Assembly: GCA_022705945.1 (NCBI GenBank)
Contig: JAKJDL010000008.1
Location: 642 to 64,641 of the forward strand
Reading direction: 5' to 3'
Length of the DNA: 64,000 nucleotides
From: Candidatus Omnitrophota bacterium
GTDB taxonomy: Bacteria; Omnitrophota; Omnitrophia; Omnitrophales; Aquincolibacteriaceae
Part shown: positions 21,401 through 29,748 of the stretch, one piece after another
How the letters are laid out: each line of letters begins with the position of its first letter
Numbering within the stretch: position 1 is the first letter of the stretch
Notes under the pieces: model-generated
What the model was told of the DNA's origin: nothing
Database searches by the model: none
The model's input: the letters and a program-made list of their open reading frames with translations, nothing else
Program-made: the position numbers and the translations under genes

Positions 21401-22576
21401 GAGTTTATCGAGAATCATGCCGCGGAGCTTCGCGGTTTCTCTTAAAAGATCTTCCGCCTGAATCTCTGAGGAAAGAATCGAAATACCGGTCAACCGGGTC
21501 AAACAAGGGTATTCCTCGAACCGGAATCCCCTGGGCACGGCAACCGCGTAAAAAGTTTCGAGCTGGGTGCGGACATCAGAAACCCGGGAGGATGATGCCG
21601 GCCGCAAGACGGAGTCAAAGTCCCGAAAAAAATCGGTTAATTGTTTTTCTTCCAGCCAGGTTTTTAGTTTTTTTTCTTCGAATTGTTCGCTTCCATCCGT
21701 CCGATCGCCCTCTTTTTCAAGAGCTTTCAGCCTGAAAAACCGAACAAGCTGGGGCCAGTCGTATTGTTCCGCGGGATCAGAAAGATCGACTTTGAGGTAG
21801 CTGACGGCATCCTTCATCAATCTTTCCAAACCGGCAAAGCGCTGGTCCGCGATCTCTTCCCAAAAGGCCCACTCCTTAAAAAAAGCCCTGAGTTCAGGGT
21901 TAAATATCCGGGCAACTTCTCCCGAGATTTTAGTGCGAAGCTTTTTCAGAAAAAGATCCGCCTCCGCCTTGTTGGCGTAAACTTCCCTGAATTGTTCCAG
22001 GTTCTTTTTATAAAGAGCCAAATCTTCCGCCCCCCAAACAACAGGAAGGGTTTCACGGGCCGAACCTTGCTTCGCCGAAGCTGCCGCGGCAAGATCCAGC
22101 TCGACTCCTCCGGCAAGCCCCATGCGGTTAAGCTCGGCAAGAAACTTCATGTTAAGATCAGCGTCGTCAAAAAAATGAAGCGCTTCGGGATCCAGCTTCC
22201 GCCACGCGCCTTCCAGGAAGACCGTTTTCAAACCGTGGGTTCTTCGAAAATAACTTAAGAGTTTTTCAATATTAGCTTGCCCTTCCGGCTGGCCGTGAGC
22301 TTCCTCAATGTGGATAACAAACGGCACCGGGAAGGCCGCGGGAAGCTTTTGATGGAGAGGTTTAAAGCTCTCACGGATCATTCCGAAATCCGGAGGGACC
22401 AGGATTTCATCAATAAGGGAAGGGAGATTAACCTCTGCCCGCGGGCCTGAAACCTGGAGCGGAGCGGCAGCCTGCAAAACCGTGGTTGATGAAAAAATAA
22501 TCAGCATGGCAAAGCTGACCACGCGCAACCAAATATAAGCCGCCCCCTTGTTTATCAGCATAAACTTTTCTTCCAA
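15497..22576 (-). CDS. Giant secreted multidomain protein (2359 aa): signal peptide, shared N-domain, then Nudix, SAM-MTase, PP2C phosphatase and GNAT-like modules
   Basis: Uninterrupted 7.1-kb ORF with a signal peptide (MLINKGAAYIWLRVVSFAMLIIFSSTTVLQAAAP). The N-domain is homologous to those of the 7155-aa and 729-aa ORFs (HIEEAHGQ...NIEKLL; ILVTGGFHSGGIAELFRRNGVSYIRVSP). Nudix box GGMVEPG...ILREISEETG, MTase motif I VLDLGAGN, and PP2C motifs MDGHNGS/SGSTLS/VGDSPVY/LTRAFGD/VATDGI. Confidence 0.85.
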   Translation of the reverse strand: MEEKFMLINKGAAYIWLRVVSFAMLIIFSSTTVLQAAAPLQVSGPRAEVNLPSLIDEILVPPDFGMIRESFKPLHQKLPAAFPVPFVIHIEEAHGQPEGQANIEKLLSYFRRTHGLKTVFLEGAWRKLDPEALHFFDDADLNMKFLAELNRMGLAGGVELDLAAAASAKQGSARETLPVVWGAEDLALYKKNLEQFREVYANKAEADLFLKKLRTKISGEVARIFNPELRAFFKEWAFWEEIADQRFAGLERLMKDAVSYLKVDLSDPAEQYDWPQLVRFFRLKALEKEGDRTDGSEQFEEKKLKTWLEEKQLTDFFRDFDSVLRPASSSRVSDVRTQLETFYAVAVPRGFRFEEYPCLTRLTGISILSSEIQAEDLLRETAKLRGMILDKLASSREEQNTVKRYREYLLLKKLFALEMTREEYQQLDGGWHSAGNSEVKTPFSALHSSPGLQAAFSAALSFYKTATAREQIIFDKTLRKMRLLKESNAILVTGGFHSGGIAELFRRNGVSYIRVSPRITKPENPGPYLDLMLGFKNERTCKPLSESKEAPKKPFRNTAMPSSIRISSVGAGFAHLRNDLGAATADHLFEKFREALQKISSRDVPDHELIARLRSPAVAAHGFSWGGGELPADARKAGLGAEDFRDEKEKITGRYEIRSVASQKSPGESGADRDQAEPSAVPGGTKTIYESREAVSVRAEARGFDNASNDKFSFPRHFRERFVRGRLVLFFKTPGKWLKKIARLFKIPRDYFTLRNQLGVLGKTSKTPILPKHRTRLLQKVLSGELRLSGRHLEVIEVMSNGEEHILGSLDAGVADLVFLEDGTFISGSVKRERKEGKQVLLRNAKAVLFIPDTEEFVLMRSPHENEGKQKMKFFGGMVEPGTYSRAQNPYDSTILREISEETGMAHIWGEGYQPEGNLVLAGERGMFDDGRKWEPRRTSFYVYIPTPREISAIREFKVFLDDARGKNYSEFIKRLKKWKKSIKGQGEVSEILFLTKKQLTDASLTESFNISSSMEKLMANPFVRDFLNNFRIASSHGPEEAVRSVQSEPEPSPLPQTIKTENHALDKPFLWWTQHFSGERETSLDARHQEAYGAFWQNFFEGVPVGSKVLDLGAGNLFVARQALQTKKNFELWALDGADIGKDYIPESVHFVRSRGEDLDLTELPKDLDAVVSQYALEYMNEAEVLLKLTRVMKKGARALFIMHRADSGIIEKAKIDLEQFERIRESGLLEAVNAFLESPDVPNGFSGILRSLRTLKILAAERQAEIWFFGEKDPLSAAFLSRVLEIFKTIISASGDTPDPGKTAEILKIFEENFRRGEWLLKERIRAAKDLQQMDFFIHEAEKHGFRLTEPFERQAVFDSGVSGWQVGFVFEPEGKNYPRRSELRQIISPRISRLPKILYRTALTGFSAVMFLEICGAIRYQTNPSVKVLGHLITEMITGERPPDDYPENPVYDITAGIPFPQGIRGYLRENMLQVYDNEPFASGGLQSGQCVFLLAFENGKVGAAHISPWNSDRNYISNPELQEYLASIKRIFLEKGITEKAAVHLFAAGESAREGFLKTIRESFSGPVLIHNDHDHMIGIAVSVGKPDNETGARRIRVKSNHFLDEEIYKTFWVNPDGAVIKRSELREVPQSAQTRGLKKYQEDRFINQEIRVAVPGFLSSGRLMAVMDGHNGSRVSRLLQLLLAPVFRFMVLLRGGDIRAAFSGTFRTLHLLTVWFDSGSTLSAVFVPDNKKDLFVMIVGDSPVYVLKDNREFLSFPQHTVGDDPALLSAPGFKIVKSSNVPRLMNLRTRHFFSLTRAFGDRSFRKVLVSKPFITRLDLRGAKSSVEILVATDGIHGYHVGDLKTIQDERIRYLASGSARAQDYIEFAGGEYAPDNTTLLRWVFAPSPESPAKRSEIRKDGSDVPRPPAGALSELAIPDESVIASDPVFGTIVDLGRIRLAAEAKSDIAGEIAALERAAFEDREAFGNKEDWDRAIGGVSTTLLLLGEKNNLRGFAHLRPATVFSLNNLKRIVSKKDGDKGKGVFLMDAVLSLLYRKGEKDLVWTSYWERSDRFYENYLLRGEKLGFLTDKGSLGSNFSITITGDPLKMNGKLARSETRETGSEKQMRAELAESERQVAVNAARGVIRHSRVLEMGRERMIALLVGSGSAANKSDAATRGLEIIFQDVKARDAGDKLSVILEMIDPSHPAVRQAVDLAVSHDLFIQIVVPGASREKLLEFQNGLIREAAQNRRSRGRPAGRSRIIVEARQNASWELLLKNPGRTCVFDARENVDTLDEFAARLDAVAPEKLKESYLIHDDLPREHSQKGVTLLFAVRDWIGGPRVFGKVRTTSRLLSNYLTEIHAAYSALSSAA
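17027..17584 (-). other. PP2C-type Ser/Thr phosphatase module inside the 2359-aa protein
   Basis: Ordered PP2C motifs: AVMDGHNGSRV, DSGSTLSAVFV, VGDSPVYVL, LTRAFGD, ILVATDGIHGY. Confidence 0.7.
18932..19294 (-). other. Class-I SAM-dependent methyltransferase module inside the 2359-aa protein
   Basis: Motif I GSKVLDLGAGNLFVARQAL, then an acidic loop (WALDGAD) and motif IV-like VVSQYALEYM. Confidence 0.6.
19697..20044 (-). other. Nudix hydrolase module inside the 2359-aa protein
   Basis: GGMVEPGTYSRAQNPYDSTILREISEETGM matches the Nudix box GX5EX7REUXEEXGU. Confidence 0.7.
20987..22324 (-). other. Shared N-terminal domain (copy 2 of 3) within the 2359-aa protein
   Basis: Aligns by eye with aa 60-545 of the 7155-aa protein and aa 55-440 of the 729-aa protein. 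Conserved His motif plus the TGGFH[ST][DEG]G motif. Confidence 0.7.
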
Positions 22577-23075
22577 GTGCCTTTCCTTAAATGAGTTGAT
22601 CGTGGATTAAGGATAACATCCCGGTTTTTTCTTAGCAAATCGATTTAAAATGTCTTTATAACTAAACATAGCATTAAATAGCTTTGATGTTTAAAATTAT
22701 CTTTTTATTATCTTTTTTATGAATTTATATTTGAAATGGTTCTGTTTGATGGGTGTTTTCCGCCGGACTCCAAGAAAACAGATGCTGCGGCCCTGATCCC
22801 GTTTTTGTCTCCGAATCTCAAAATGTCGGTGATTTAACCTGGAAAAATCTCATGATATAATGCTGTCTCTCTGTGGTTGCCTTTCCCCTTGAGCGGGTGG
22901 GGCATATCCCGGAGTAATATCAATAGCTTGAACCGGCTTTGTTTATCTTTTAAACCTGATTTGCGTCTTGCTCATAACAAAATAGATGGCCCCTCGGGGT
23001 GAGTGGTTCGGAAGGTTTTCCCGACCCGCTCAAATGGATAAAGGAATCGGTTCTTTAACTCAGGAGGAATTTATT
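22577..23075. promoter_or_regulatory. AT-rich divergent intergenic/promoter island between the 2359-aa gene (-) and the SOD gene (+)
   Basis: About 500 bp with GC far below the window average (long A/T runs, e.g. ttatctttttattatcttttttatgaatttatatttgaaatgg). Flanked by divergently transcribed genes. Confidence 0.5.
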
Positions 23076-23654
23076 ATGTCGTTTGAACTGCCGAAACTGC
23101 CCTATGAACTGGAGGCGCTTTCACCTGCTCTTTCAAAAGAGGCTTTAGACTACCATTACGGCAAGCACCACCAGACTTATGTGACAAACCTCAACAAGTT
23201 GACCGAAGGAAAGCCCGAGGCCTCAAAGTCTCTCGAGGAATTGGTCAAAACCACCAGGGGCGGCATTTACAATAACGCCGCTCAGGTTTGGAACCATACT
23301 TTTTACTGGAACTGTTTGAAACCTCAGGGGGGAGGCGTCCCTTCCGGAACGCTCGCTGATGCCATCAACGCATCGTTCGGAAGTTTTGAGGAGTTCAAAA
23401 CCTTTTTCTCAAACGCGGCCCTGACCCTTTTCGGATCCGGCTGGATCTGGCTCGTGAAAGACGAGGATGGATCTCTCGGGGTCGAATCACTTTCCAATGC
23501 CGGCAATCCCCTTGTCAATAATCAGAAGCCGCTCCTCACGATCGATGTCTGGGAGCACGCCTATTACATTGATTACCGGAATGCGCGGGCAAAATATATC
23601 GAGGCTTTCTGGACCGCGGTGAACTGGGATTTTGTCGCATCTCAGCTCGGGTAA
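23076..23654 (+). CDS. Fe/Mn-family superoxide dismutase
   Basis: MSFELPKLPYELEALSPALSKEALDYHYGKHHQTYVTNLN... and C-terminal DVWEHAYYIDYRN, the metal-ligand His/Asp motifs. AGGAGG RBS 7 nt upstream. Confidence 0.9.
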   Translation: MSFELPKLPYELEALSPALSKEALDYHYGKHHQTYVTNLNKLTEGKPEASKSLEELVKTTRGGIYNNAAQVWNHTFYWNCLKPQGGGVPSGTLADAINASFGSFEEFKTFFSNAALTLFGSGWIWLVKDEDGSLGVESLSNAGNPLVNNQKPLLTIDVWEHAYYIDYRNARAKYIEAFWTAVNWDFVASQLG

Positions 23655-23727
23655 AACACGCCTGTCGCCTATATAGCTTACAGCTGAAAAGGTTTTTTTC
23701 TGCGGGCTGAAGGCTATGGGCAGCCGG

Positions 23728-24222
23728 CTAGTTAAGGGCTGACTCCATTCGAAGAACTGCCTTTTCAGCCAGCGTGTATTGAGGGTTTTGTTCCAGGGCG
23801 TGGCGATACGCGTCCAGCGCCTTGAGCCAGTCTCCCCGGTGCTCCCAGACCCGGCCCAAGTTATACCAGGCATAAAAACGACCGTCATAGCGCTCGGCCA
23901 CCGTGGCTTTTTCGATCCATCCAGCGGCTTCTTCCCACCGTCCCGTTTCTATCAGATAGGCGCCGATATCATTGTAGGGGTTTCCGTAATCAGGATCGAG
24001 GCGGATCGCTTTTTCACACTCTCTTATCGCATCCCCGTATCGGCCTTTGAGGCTGTAGGCCCACCCCAAAAAATTATGGGCCTCTGCGGTCGGATTAAGC
24101 TCTATGGATTTTAAATAAAGAGCGATTGCCTCATCGATCCGCCCGACCATCTGATGGTCATAGGCTTCGGTCAGGAGCCGCTGGGCTTCTTCCTGTTTAT
24201 CCCCGGGGTCAAATTCTGTCAT
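23728..24222 (-). CDS. TPR-repeat protein
   Basis: Several 34-aa TPR units (AIALYLKSIELNPTAEAHNFLGWAY...; AIRLDPDYGNPYNDIGAY...; ALDAYRHALEQNPQY). The start is taken at MTEFDPG to avoid overlap with the MBL gene. Confidence 0.65.
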   Translation of the reverse strand: MTEFDPGDKQEEAQRLLTEAYDHQMVGRIDEAIALYLKSIELNPTAEAHNFLGWAYSLKGRYGDAIRECEKAIRLDPDYGNPYNDIGAYLIETGRWEEAAGWIEKATVAERYDGRFYAWYNLGRVWEHRGDWLKALDAYRHALEQNPQYTLAEKAVLRMESALN

Positions 24223-24241
24223 GGATCTTTCCTCAGGCGGG

Positions 24242-24856
24242 TTATCCTCCCGTCCAAGCCTTCTGCATGAACGGGTTGTTTCTTTTTTCGATGCCGATCG
24301 TTGAGCTTGAGGCTTCGCCATAGGCGTGTCCGGAGTAAACCCTGATTTTTTCATCCAGCCCGGAGAGCCGCTTCAGACTCTTTGCCATTTTTCGCTCATC
24401 CCCCCCGGGAAGATCGCAGCGGCCGCAGGCACCGGGGAAAAGGGTGTCCCCCGACAAAAGAATATCCCCCGACAAAAAACATTGCGCTCCCTCCGTATGC
24501 CCGGGCGTGTGGAGAACTTCCAGCTCGACTTCCCCGATCCGGATCTTCATGCCGTCATGCGTTTCGACAATATGCTCCGTAAATTCTTTCAGATATTTCG
24601 CCTCATCTTTATGAACGTAGATCTTGCATCCGGTTTTCCGGATCAGCTCCTCCACTCCGTTCGCGTGGTCAAAATGAGTGTGGGTCAGGAGACCGGCCGT
24701 GATTTTCATCCCGTCGGCTTCGGCTTTCCTTAAAACGGAACCCACATCCCACGCCGGATCAACCATGGCACACTGTTTGCTTTTTAGATCCCCGATCAGG
24801 TAAACAAAGTTGGCCATGTGCCCGACTTCGAGCTGTTTGAAATAAAGATTATTCAC
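24242..24856 (-). CDS. MBL-fold metallo-hydrolase (glyoxalase-II-like)
   Basis: HTHFDHANG (HxHxDH), LHTPGHTEG and SGDTLFPGACGRCD motifs. Confidence 0.8.
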   Translation of the reverse strand: MNNLYFKQLEVGHMANFVYLIGDLKSKQCAMVDPAWDVGSVLRKAEADGMKITAGLLTHTHFDHANGVEELIRKTGCKIYVHKDEAKYLKEFTEHIVETHDGMKIRIGEVELEVLHTPGHTEGAQCFLSGDILLSGDTLFPGACGRCDLPGGDERKMAKSLKRLSGLDEKIRVYSGHAYGEASSSTIGIEKRNNPFMQKAWTGG

Positions 24857-25343
24857 AGCAACAGCATCCGGTTTTTTTGACTTTTTCGTAGTAAATCACT
24901 TCGAGCACAGGGTCGTCCTGGAGTTTGAGCCGCTTCTTTTCGGTAAATACGGGCGGGATCTCCGGATAAAGGACATCGCCGTCATAATCGGCATGGATAC
25001 GGGTCAGATAAATGCCGTCTACAAGATCGATCGTGGTCCGATACAGCTCGGCGCCTCCGATGATAAAGCTGTCCTTCGTCCGGACATGCTTCAAAGCTTC
25101 TTCAAGCGAAGTGAAATAGGTCTGCCCGGGATAAGGGTTCTGTCCGCTCCGGTCAAGAACGATATTGTCACGTCCGGGAAGGGCCTTGCACCCGAGGCTT
25201 TCGAACGTTTTAAGCCCCATAATCACCGTTTGACCAAGCGTGGTCGCTTTAAAATGCTGAAGATCCCTGGGAAAATGCCAGGGAAGCCGGTTGGCCCGTC
25301 CAATAACACGATTGTTCGCAACGGCAACGATGTGAAAAAGCAT
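24849..25343 (-). CDS. folA: Dihydrofolate reductase
   Basis: MLFHIVAVANNRVIGRANRLPWHFPRDLQHFKATTLGQTVIMGLKTFESLG, a classic DHFR N-terminus. AGGAGG RBS. About 164 aa. Lies downstream of thyA. Confidence 0.85.
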   Translation of the reverse strand: MLFHIVAVANNRVIGRANRLPWHFPRDLQHFKATTLGQTVIMGLKTFESLGCKALPGRDNIVLDRSGQNPYPGQTYFTSLEEALKHVRTKDSFIIGGAELYRTTIDLVDGIYLTRIHADYDGDVLYPEIPPVFTEKKRLKLQDDPVLEVIYYEKVKKTGCCCCE

Positions 25344-25417
25344 AAAACAAACCTCCTGAATTATTCTGAAGCGTTGTTCACAAACACAAAATAATACCAA
25401 ACGCCCCGTCTTGAGCG

Positions 25418-26212
25418 TCAAACCGCAACCGGCGCTTTGATCGCCGGGTGAGGATCGTAGCCCTCAAGCGAGAAGTCCTCATACTTGAATTCAAAAAGAT
25501 TGCTTACTTCCGGGTTCAGTTTCATCCGCGGAAGCGCCCTGGGTTCGCGGGAAAGCTGAAGGTTCACCTGCTCCCTGTGATTCGAATAGATGTGGACATC
25601 CCCGAAGGTGTGAATAAATTCTCCCGGCTTAAGTCCGGTTACTTGCGCCATCATCATGGTAAGAAGCGAATATGAAGCGATGTTAAAGGGAACTCCGAGA
25701 AAAACATCGGCACTGCGCTGGTAAAGCTGGCAGGAAAGACGCCCGCCGGCAACATAGAACTGAAAAAAGGCATGGCACGGCATCAAAGCCATTTGATCAA
25801 GGTCCCCGGCATTCCAGGCGCTGACGATGATCCGGCGGCTGTCCGGGTTTTCTTTTATCGCCTCAACGGCTTGGGTGATTTGATCGATCCGGCGGCCGTC
25901 CGCGGCCTCCCAAGAACGCCACTGCTTTCCGTAGACGGGCCCGAGATCCCCGTTCGCGTCAGCCCATTCATCCCAAATCGTCACCCCGTTATCTTTCAAG
26001 AACCTGATGTTCGTGTCGCCGCGAAGCATCCAGAGAAGTTCGTAGGTCACCGATTTCATATGAACTTTTTTGGTCGTAAGAAGCGGAAAGCCTTCCGAAA
26101 GATCAAAACGCATTTGATAGCCGAAAACACTGACCGTCCCGGTCCCCGTCCGGTCCTTTTTTTCATGGCCGTGATCGAGGATGTGCCGGAGGAGATCGAG
26201 ATATTGCTTCAC
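25418..26212 (-). CDS. thyA: Thymidylate synthase
   Basis: 264 aa. [15 protein letters not shown]...[18 protein letters not shown]...[14 protein letters not shown]... and the catalytic region [10 protein letters not shown]. Confidence 0.95.
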   Translation of the reverse strand: MKQYLDLLRHILDHGHEKKDRTGTGTVSVFGYQMRFDLSEGFPLLTTKKVHMKSVTYELLWMLRGDTNIRFLKDNGVTIWDEWADANGDLGPVYGKQWRSWEAADGRRIDQITQAVEAIKENPDSRRIIVSAWNAGDLDQMALMPCHAFFQFYVAGGRLSCQLYQRSADVFLGVPFNIASYSLLTMMMAQVTGLKPGEFIHTFGDVHIYSNHREQVNLQLSREPRALPRMKLNPEVSNLFEFKYEDFSLEGYDPHPAIKAPVAV

Positions 26213-27234
26213 GGGATCACCGCCTTGTCTTCCGCTGTTTCCTTCACGAATTTGTCATTGGTCACATTCAGATCTTCAAAATAGTGGCCGTTCAGCCTGA
26301 AAACCTGGGGGGAACCTTCCTTTTTAACAAAAAACAAATAATCTTTTGCATCCTTCGCCCCGGCAAAAAGGACGGTTTCTTTTTCCCCCGATGTCACCGA
26401 AAGTTCCCAGACGGGGCTCTCAAGACCGTAACGCTTCCCGTTGGGATCGGCAACCCCTTGAGCCCGGATACTGTTCAGGGTTGCGATGAAACGCAGGATC
26501 TTGTCAGGATCGGCGGGCAAAGCTTCCTTGGGCCCTTTCAACTTCCACCGGCCGGAACCCGGTTCATCGGTCGGTTCCCGTTCAACTCCCGCGACAAGGC
26601 TTGTGACGCCATCCTTCAGGCGTTTCACCGTAATTTTCCGGACCTGAGCGGCATCAAGCCTGAAAAGCGAAAGGTCGGCCCAAAAATCGGGGACAGGAAC
26701 GGATTCTTCAAGTCCCATAAAAAGGCCTAACAGGTGATCCAGCTTTGCGTCCGTATAAAAGATGTCCCCGCGGCCCGTTTGACGTATAAAAAAACTTGAG
26801 TGTCCGGGCTGGCGGGTCCCGATTTTCAGATCAAGAAGGGGCCGGGATAAAGCATCCGTCACGAGGACGGAAAAAGACTCTTCGTCGGTAATACCAAAAT
26901 CCCCGAAAGCCTCTTCCTCGGAGCTTCTCAGGTCTCCCCGCAAATCACCCAACACGGCGAGAAGCGCGTCAACCCTTGCTTCATCGGCCCGGGCTCCCCA
27001 AAGATTTTTGACATGCCACAAATCTTTTTCTTTATAAAGTTCGATAAGCTCCGGTTCGGTTCCTTTTCCGATAAGGATCTTGCCGGCCGTGGATGGATCA
27101 AACGGTGAAGAGAATCGGCCGTAAAGCTCGCGGCTCCGGGCAAAGTCCATCCGGTTCGAAAAATTTCGCGCGAGAAGGGCCGCGGCCAATATCCCAAGAA
27201 TTGCCGTTAAAATCAGAATTTGTCTGCGAGTCAT
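26209..27234 (-). CDS. Membrane-anchored DUF4340-like protein (accessory to GldG-type ABC systems)
   Basis: N-terminal TM anchor followed by a soluble domain. Sits directly downstream of the fused ABC-2 permease/GldG gene with a 4-nt overlap. The family assignment is from memory of gene context only. Confidence 0.45.
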   Translation of the reverse strand: MTRRQILILTAILGILAAALLARNFSNRMDFARSRELYGRFSSPFDPSTAGKILIGKGTEPELIELYKEKDLWHVKNLWGARADEARVDALLAVLGDLRGDLRSSEEEAFGDFGITDEESFSVLVTDALSRPLLDLKIGTRQPGHSSFFIRQTGRGDIFYTDAKLDHLLGLFMGLEESVPVPDFWADLSLFRLDAAQVRKITVKRLKDGVTSLVAGVEREPTDEPGSGRWKLKGPKEALPADPDKILRFIATLNSIRAQGVADPNGKRYGLESPVWELSVTSGEKETVLFAGAKDAKDYLFFVKKEGSPQVFRLNGHYFEDLNVTNDKFVKETAEDKAVIP

Positions 27235-27243
27235 AATAAACGA

Positions 27244-29748
27244 TTACGAAAGGTTTTTTAGATATCGCTGGCGAATCCGGCCGCGAAAATAGAAGTGAAG
27301 GAATCCCGCGATGGCGATCAAAAACGGAACGCATAATGTCGTAAAAAAACGCCAGAAGAGTTTCGCCGCGCGCGATACCTTGGGAAGAGCCCGGCTCACC
27401 GTACCCTTGGAGCGAATGCCTATCAGATCGTCTCCCAGGGTCAGGATATCGATTGAGTTAATAAAAAACGCCATATGCCCCCCGCCCTGGATCAGCTGTT
27501 TTTGAAAAGGCGTCGCGGCCCCTATCAAAACAAGTTTCCCCGGAGCCTGCCTGAGCGGTTCTTCTTCAATCGCCGGTTTTTGTTCCGGGATTTCACCCTC
27601 CCCTTCGATTTCGCTGTCCTTTTCATCAGCCCATCCGGGCGTTCCGATACCTTGAAACGCGTCGGCAAACTGCCCCTGCGCAAACACCGCCAACGGGAAA
27701 GGCCCGCCGGGACTCTGCGGCCCACGCAAAAGCTCCTGCGGCAGCATAACGGGAGATTTGAAAGGAACGGTCCACGAATCCCGGGAGGAAGAAAGAAGCG
27801 TTTCCACTTTAAGGTTTTGTGAAGCTATCCTGGCCTGATCCAGAACGAGAGCGCTCCCCCAAAGATAAAAAAAGGCCGGCAGCTGGGAAGTGATCGAAAC
27901 CTTTGAGTTCATCTCGGACGGAGTCAGAACAATTTGGATGGGAAGTCGGACGGGAAAGCTTGTTTCAAAAAAACCGGACCGTCCCCCCGCGACGTTGACC
28001 GCTTCATTCTGCTCGTCCCCAAGGACCCGTGTATCGACCTTGAATCCCCAGGCTTCAAGCAAACCGTTTACCTCCGGTTTCTTTTCATTCGGGACAAGCT
28101 CAAGATCGCCCCGCGAAGGCTTGTAATTGAACTCGTAATTCTGGACCGCCATAAAAACTGATCCCCCCTGAACCAGGAACCGGTTGATCTCGTATTTTTG
28201 TCTCGGCGTCAACTCGACCGGTCCGACCAGCGCCAGGGTTTTTGTTCCTTCGGGGATTGACGATTGTTCAGACAGATCGATCCGGACAGCGGGATAGCCT
28301 TCATATTTAAGCCCCATTTCAAGAAACTCATAGGGATCGTCCTTGAAGCTCTGCTGAAGATCTCCCCCGGCTCCCAGTTGCTCCAGAAGCGCGATCAGGT
28401 TGGGATCAATACTTCGCATTTCAGACGGCGCGACAACGGCGACTTTGGGTATCTCGGGCAAAGTCATCCGGTAGATCTTCGATACGAGAGAGTATTCGAG
28501 CTCTTCAAGATTCCCGGGATAGATCCTTGCAAGAACCTCATCAGCTTTTTCGCGGTAAGAAATGCTGATCGCCGAATAGATCAGCTTAACGCCAAGCTCA
28601 TCCGACTGGACGGATTCCATCTGGAAAGGAACGATGCCTTTTTGGGCGAGCTGTTGTTCTTTCGTTTCCTCCCCGGAATCGCTTCCGTCAACGACCTCTG
28701 CCGCGTCCATGATATGGACTTTGTATTGGAGACGCCCGTTGGAAGCGATTCGGAGCTCGTCAAGCTTGTCCCGGACATCCTGCTCAAGGGTCTTCATTGA
28801 GGTCGGCATTTTTTCCCGGGAAGACACATAGTAGCGGACCGTTGCCGGCGACGGAAGCCCCCGGAGGATCTTTCGGGTTGATTCTGAGATCGTATAAATC
28901 TTTCCGTCCGTCAAATCGAATCTGCCGAGGGGAAGCTCGCGGGCCAGGCCGTTGGCGGCAAGAAAAATTGCACCGCATATCACCGCCGCCGTTGAAAAGA
29001 TCGAAGCCGCTCCGGGCCGCATCCTTCCTTCGATCCAGAACCCGTTCAGGACAAGACAAACCACGATCCCCGTTAAAAAATAAACGAGATCACGATTGTC
29101 CACCACCCCCTTTGCAAAGGAATCGAAGTGGCCGGCCGCGCCCAAAGTGTTTTTCAAAAAACTTCCGAGACCGCTCACCCACCCGTCCAGCGGAACCGCG
29201 ATAAAATCCGTCCCGGCAAGATAAAATCCGAAACAGATCATCATGCTGAGGATAAAAGCCACGATCTGATCACGGCAAAAACCCGATATGAGTATCCCGA
29301 TCGCCAGAAAAAATCCGCCGAGCATTGCGGCGCCCATATACCCGCCGGCGATCGCGCCGAGATCCGGACGTCCGAGAACGGCCAGCATGACCGGGACGGG
29401 CGCGGTACAAAACAAGGCGAACGCGTAAAAACAAAAGCTGGCGAGAAACTTTCCGGCAACCAGATCGAACGGGGCTATGGGAAACGTCAGAAGCAGTTCC
29501 TGGGTATTCCCCCGCTTTTCCTCCGCCCAGAGTCTCATGGAAACGGCGGGGAGAAAGACGCAAAGAATCATCGGGAGCCCGTAGAAAAAAGACCTCATGT
29601 CGGCCCGCCCGATTATGAAAAACTGGGTCATGAAAAGACCGCCGTTCAGGAGCGTGAAGATGATCAGAAAAATATAGGCGATCGCGGAATTGAAATACCC
29701 GCCGAGCTCCTTGGCAAAAATGATCCCGAGGTTCCTGAACCGGTTCAT
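27244..29748 (-). CDS. Fused ABC-2 type permease (GldF-like) plus GldG-like auxiliary component
   Basis: 834 aa. The N-terminal about 250 aa hold 6 TM helices (ABC-2 permease). This is followed by a large extracytoplasmic domain and a C-terminal TM (GldG architecture). Start overlaps the ABC ATPase stop. Confidence 0.65.
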   Translation of the reverse strand: MNRFRNLGIIFAKELGGYFNSAIAYIFLIIFTLLNGGLFMTQFFIIGRADMRSFFYGLPMILCVFLPAVSMRLWAEEKRGNTQELLLTFPIAPFDLVAGKFLASFCFYAFALFCTAPVPVMLAVLGRPDLGAIAGGYMGAAMLGGFFLAIGILISGFCRDQIVAFILSMMICFGFYLAGTDFIAVPLDGWVSGLGSFLKNTLGAAGHFDSFAKGVVDNRDLVYFLTGIVVCLVLNGFWIEGRMRPGAASIFSTAAVICGAIFLAANGLARELPLGRFDLTDGKIYTISESTRKILRGLPSPATVRYYVSSREKMPTSMKTLEQDVRDKLDELRIASNGRLQYKVHIMDAAEVVDGSDSGEETKEQQLAQKGIVPFQMESVQSDELGVKLIYSAISISYREKADEVLARIYPGNLEELEYSLVSKIYRMTLPEIPKVAVVAPSEMRSIDPNLIALLEQLGAGGDLQQSFKDDPYEFLEMGLKYEGYPAVRIDLSEQSSIPEGTKTLALVGPVELTPRQKYEINRFLVQGGSVFMAVQNYEFNYKPSRGDLELVPNEKKPEVNGLLEAWGFKVDTRVLGDEQNEAVNVAGGRSGFFETSFPVRLPIQIVLTPSEMNSKVSITSQLPAFFYLWGSALVLDQARIASQNLKVETLLSSSRDSWTVPFKSPVMLPQELLRGPQSPGGPFPLAVFAQGQFADAFQGIGTPGWADEKDSEIEGEGEIPEQKPAIEEEPLRQAPGKLVLIGAATPFQKQLIQGGGHMAFFINSIDILTLGDDLIGIRSKGTVSRALPKVSRAAKLFWRFFTTLCVPFLIAIAGFLHFYFRGRIRQRYLKNLS

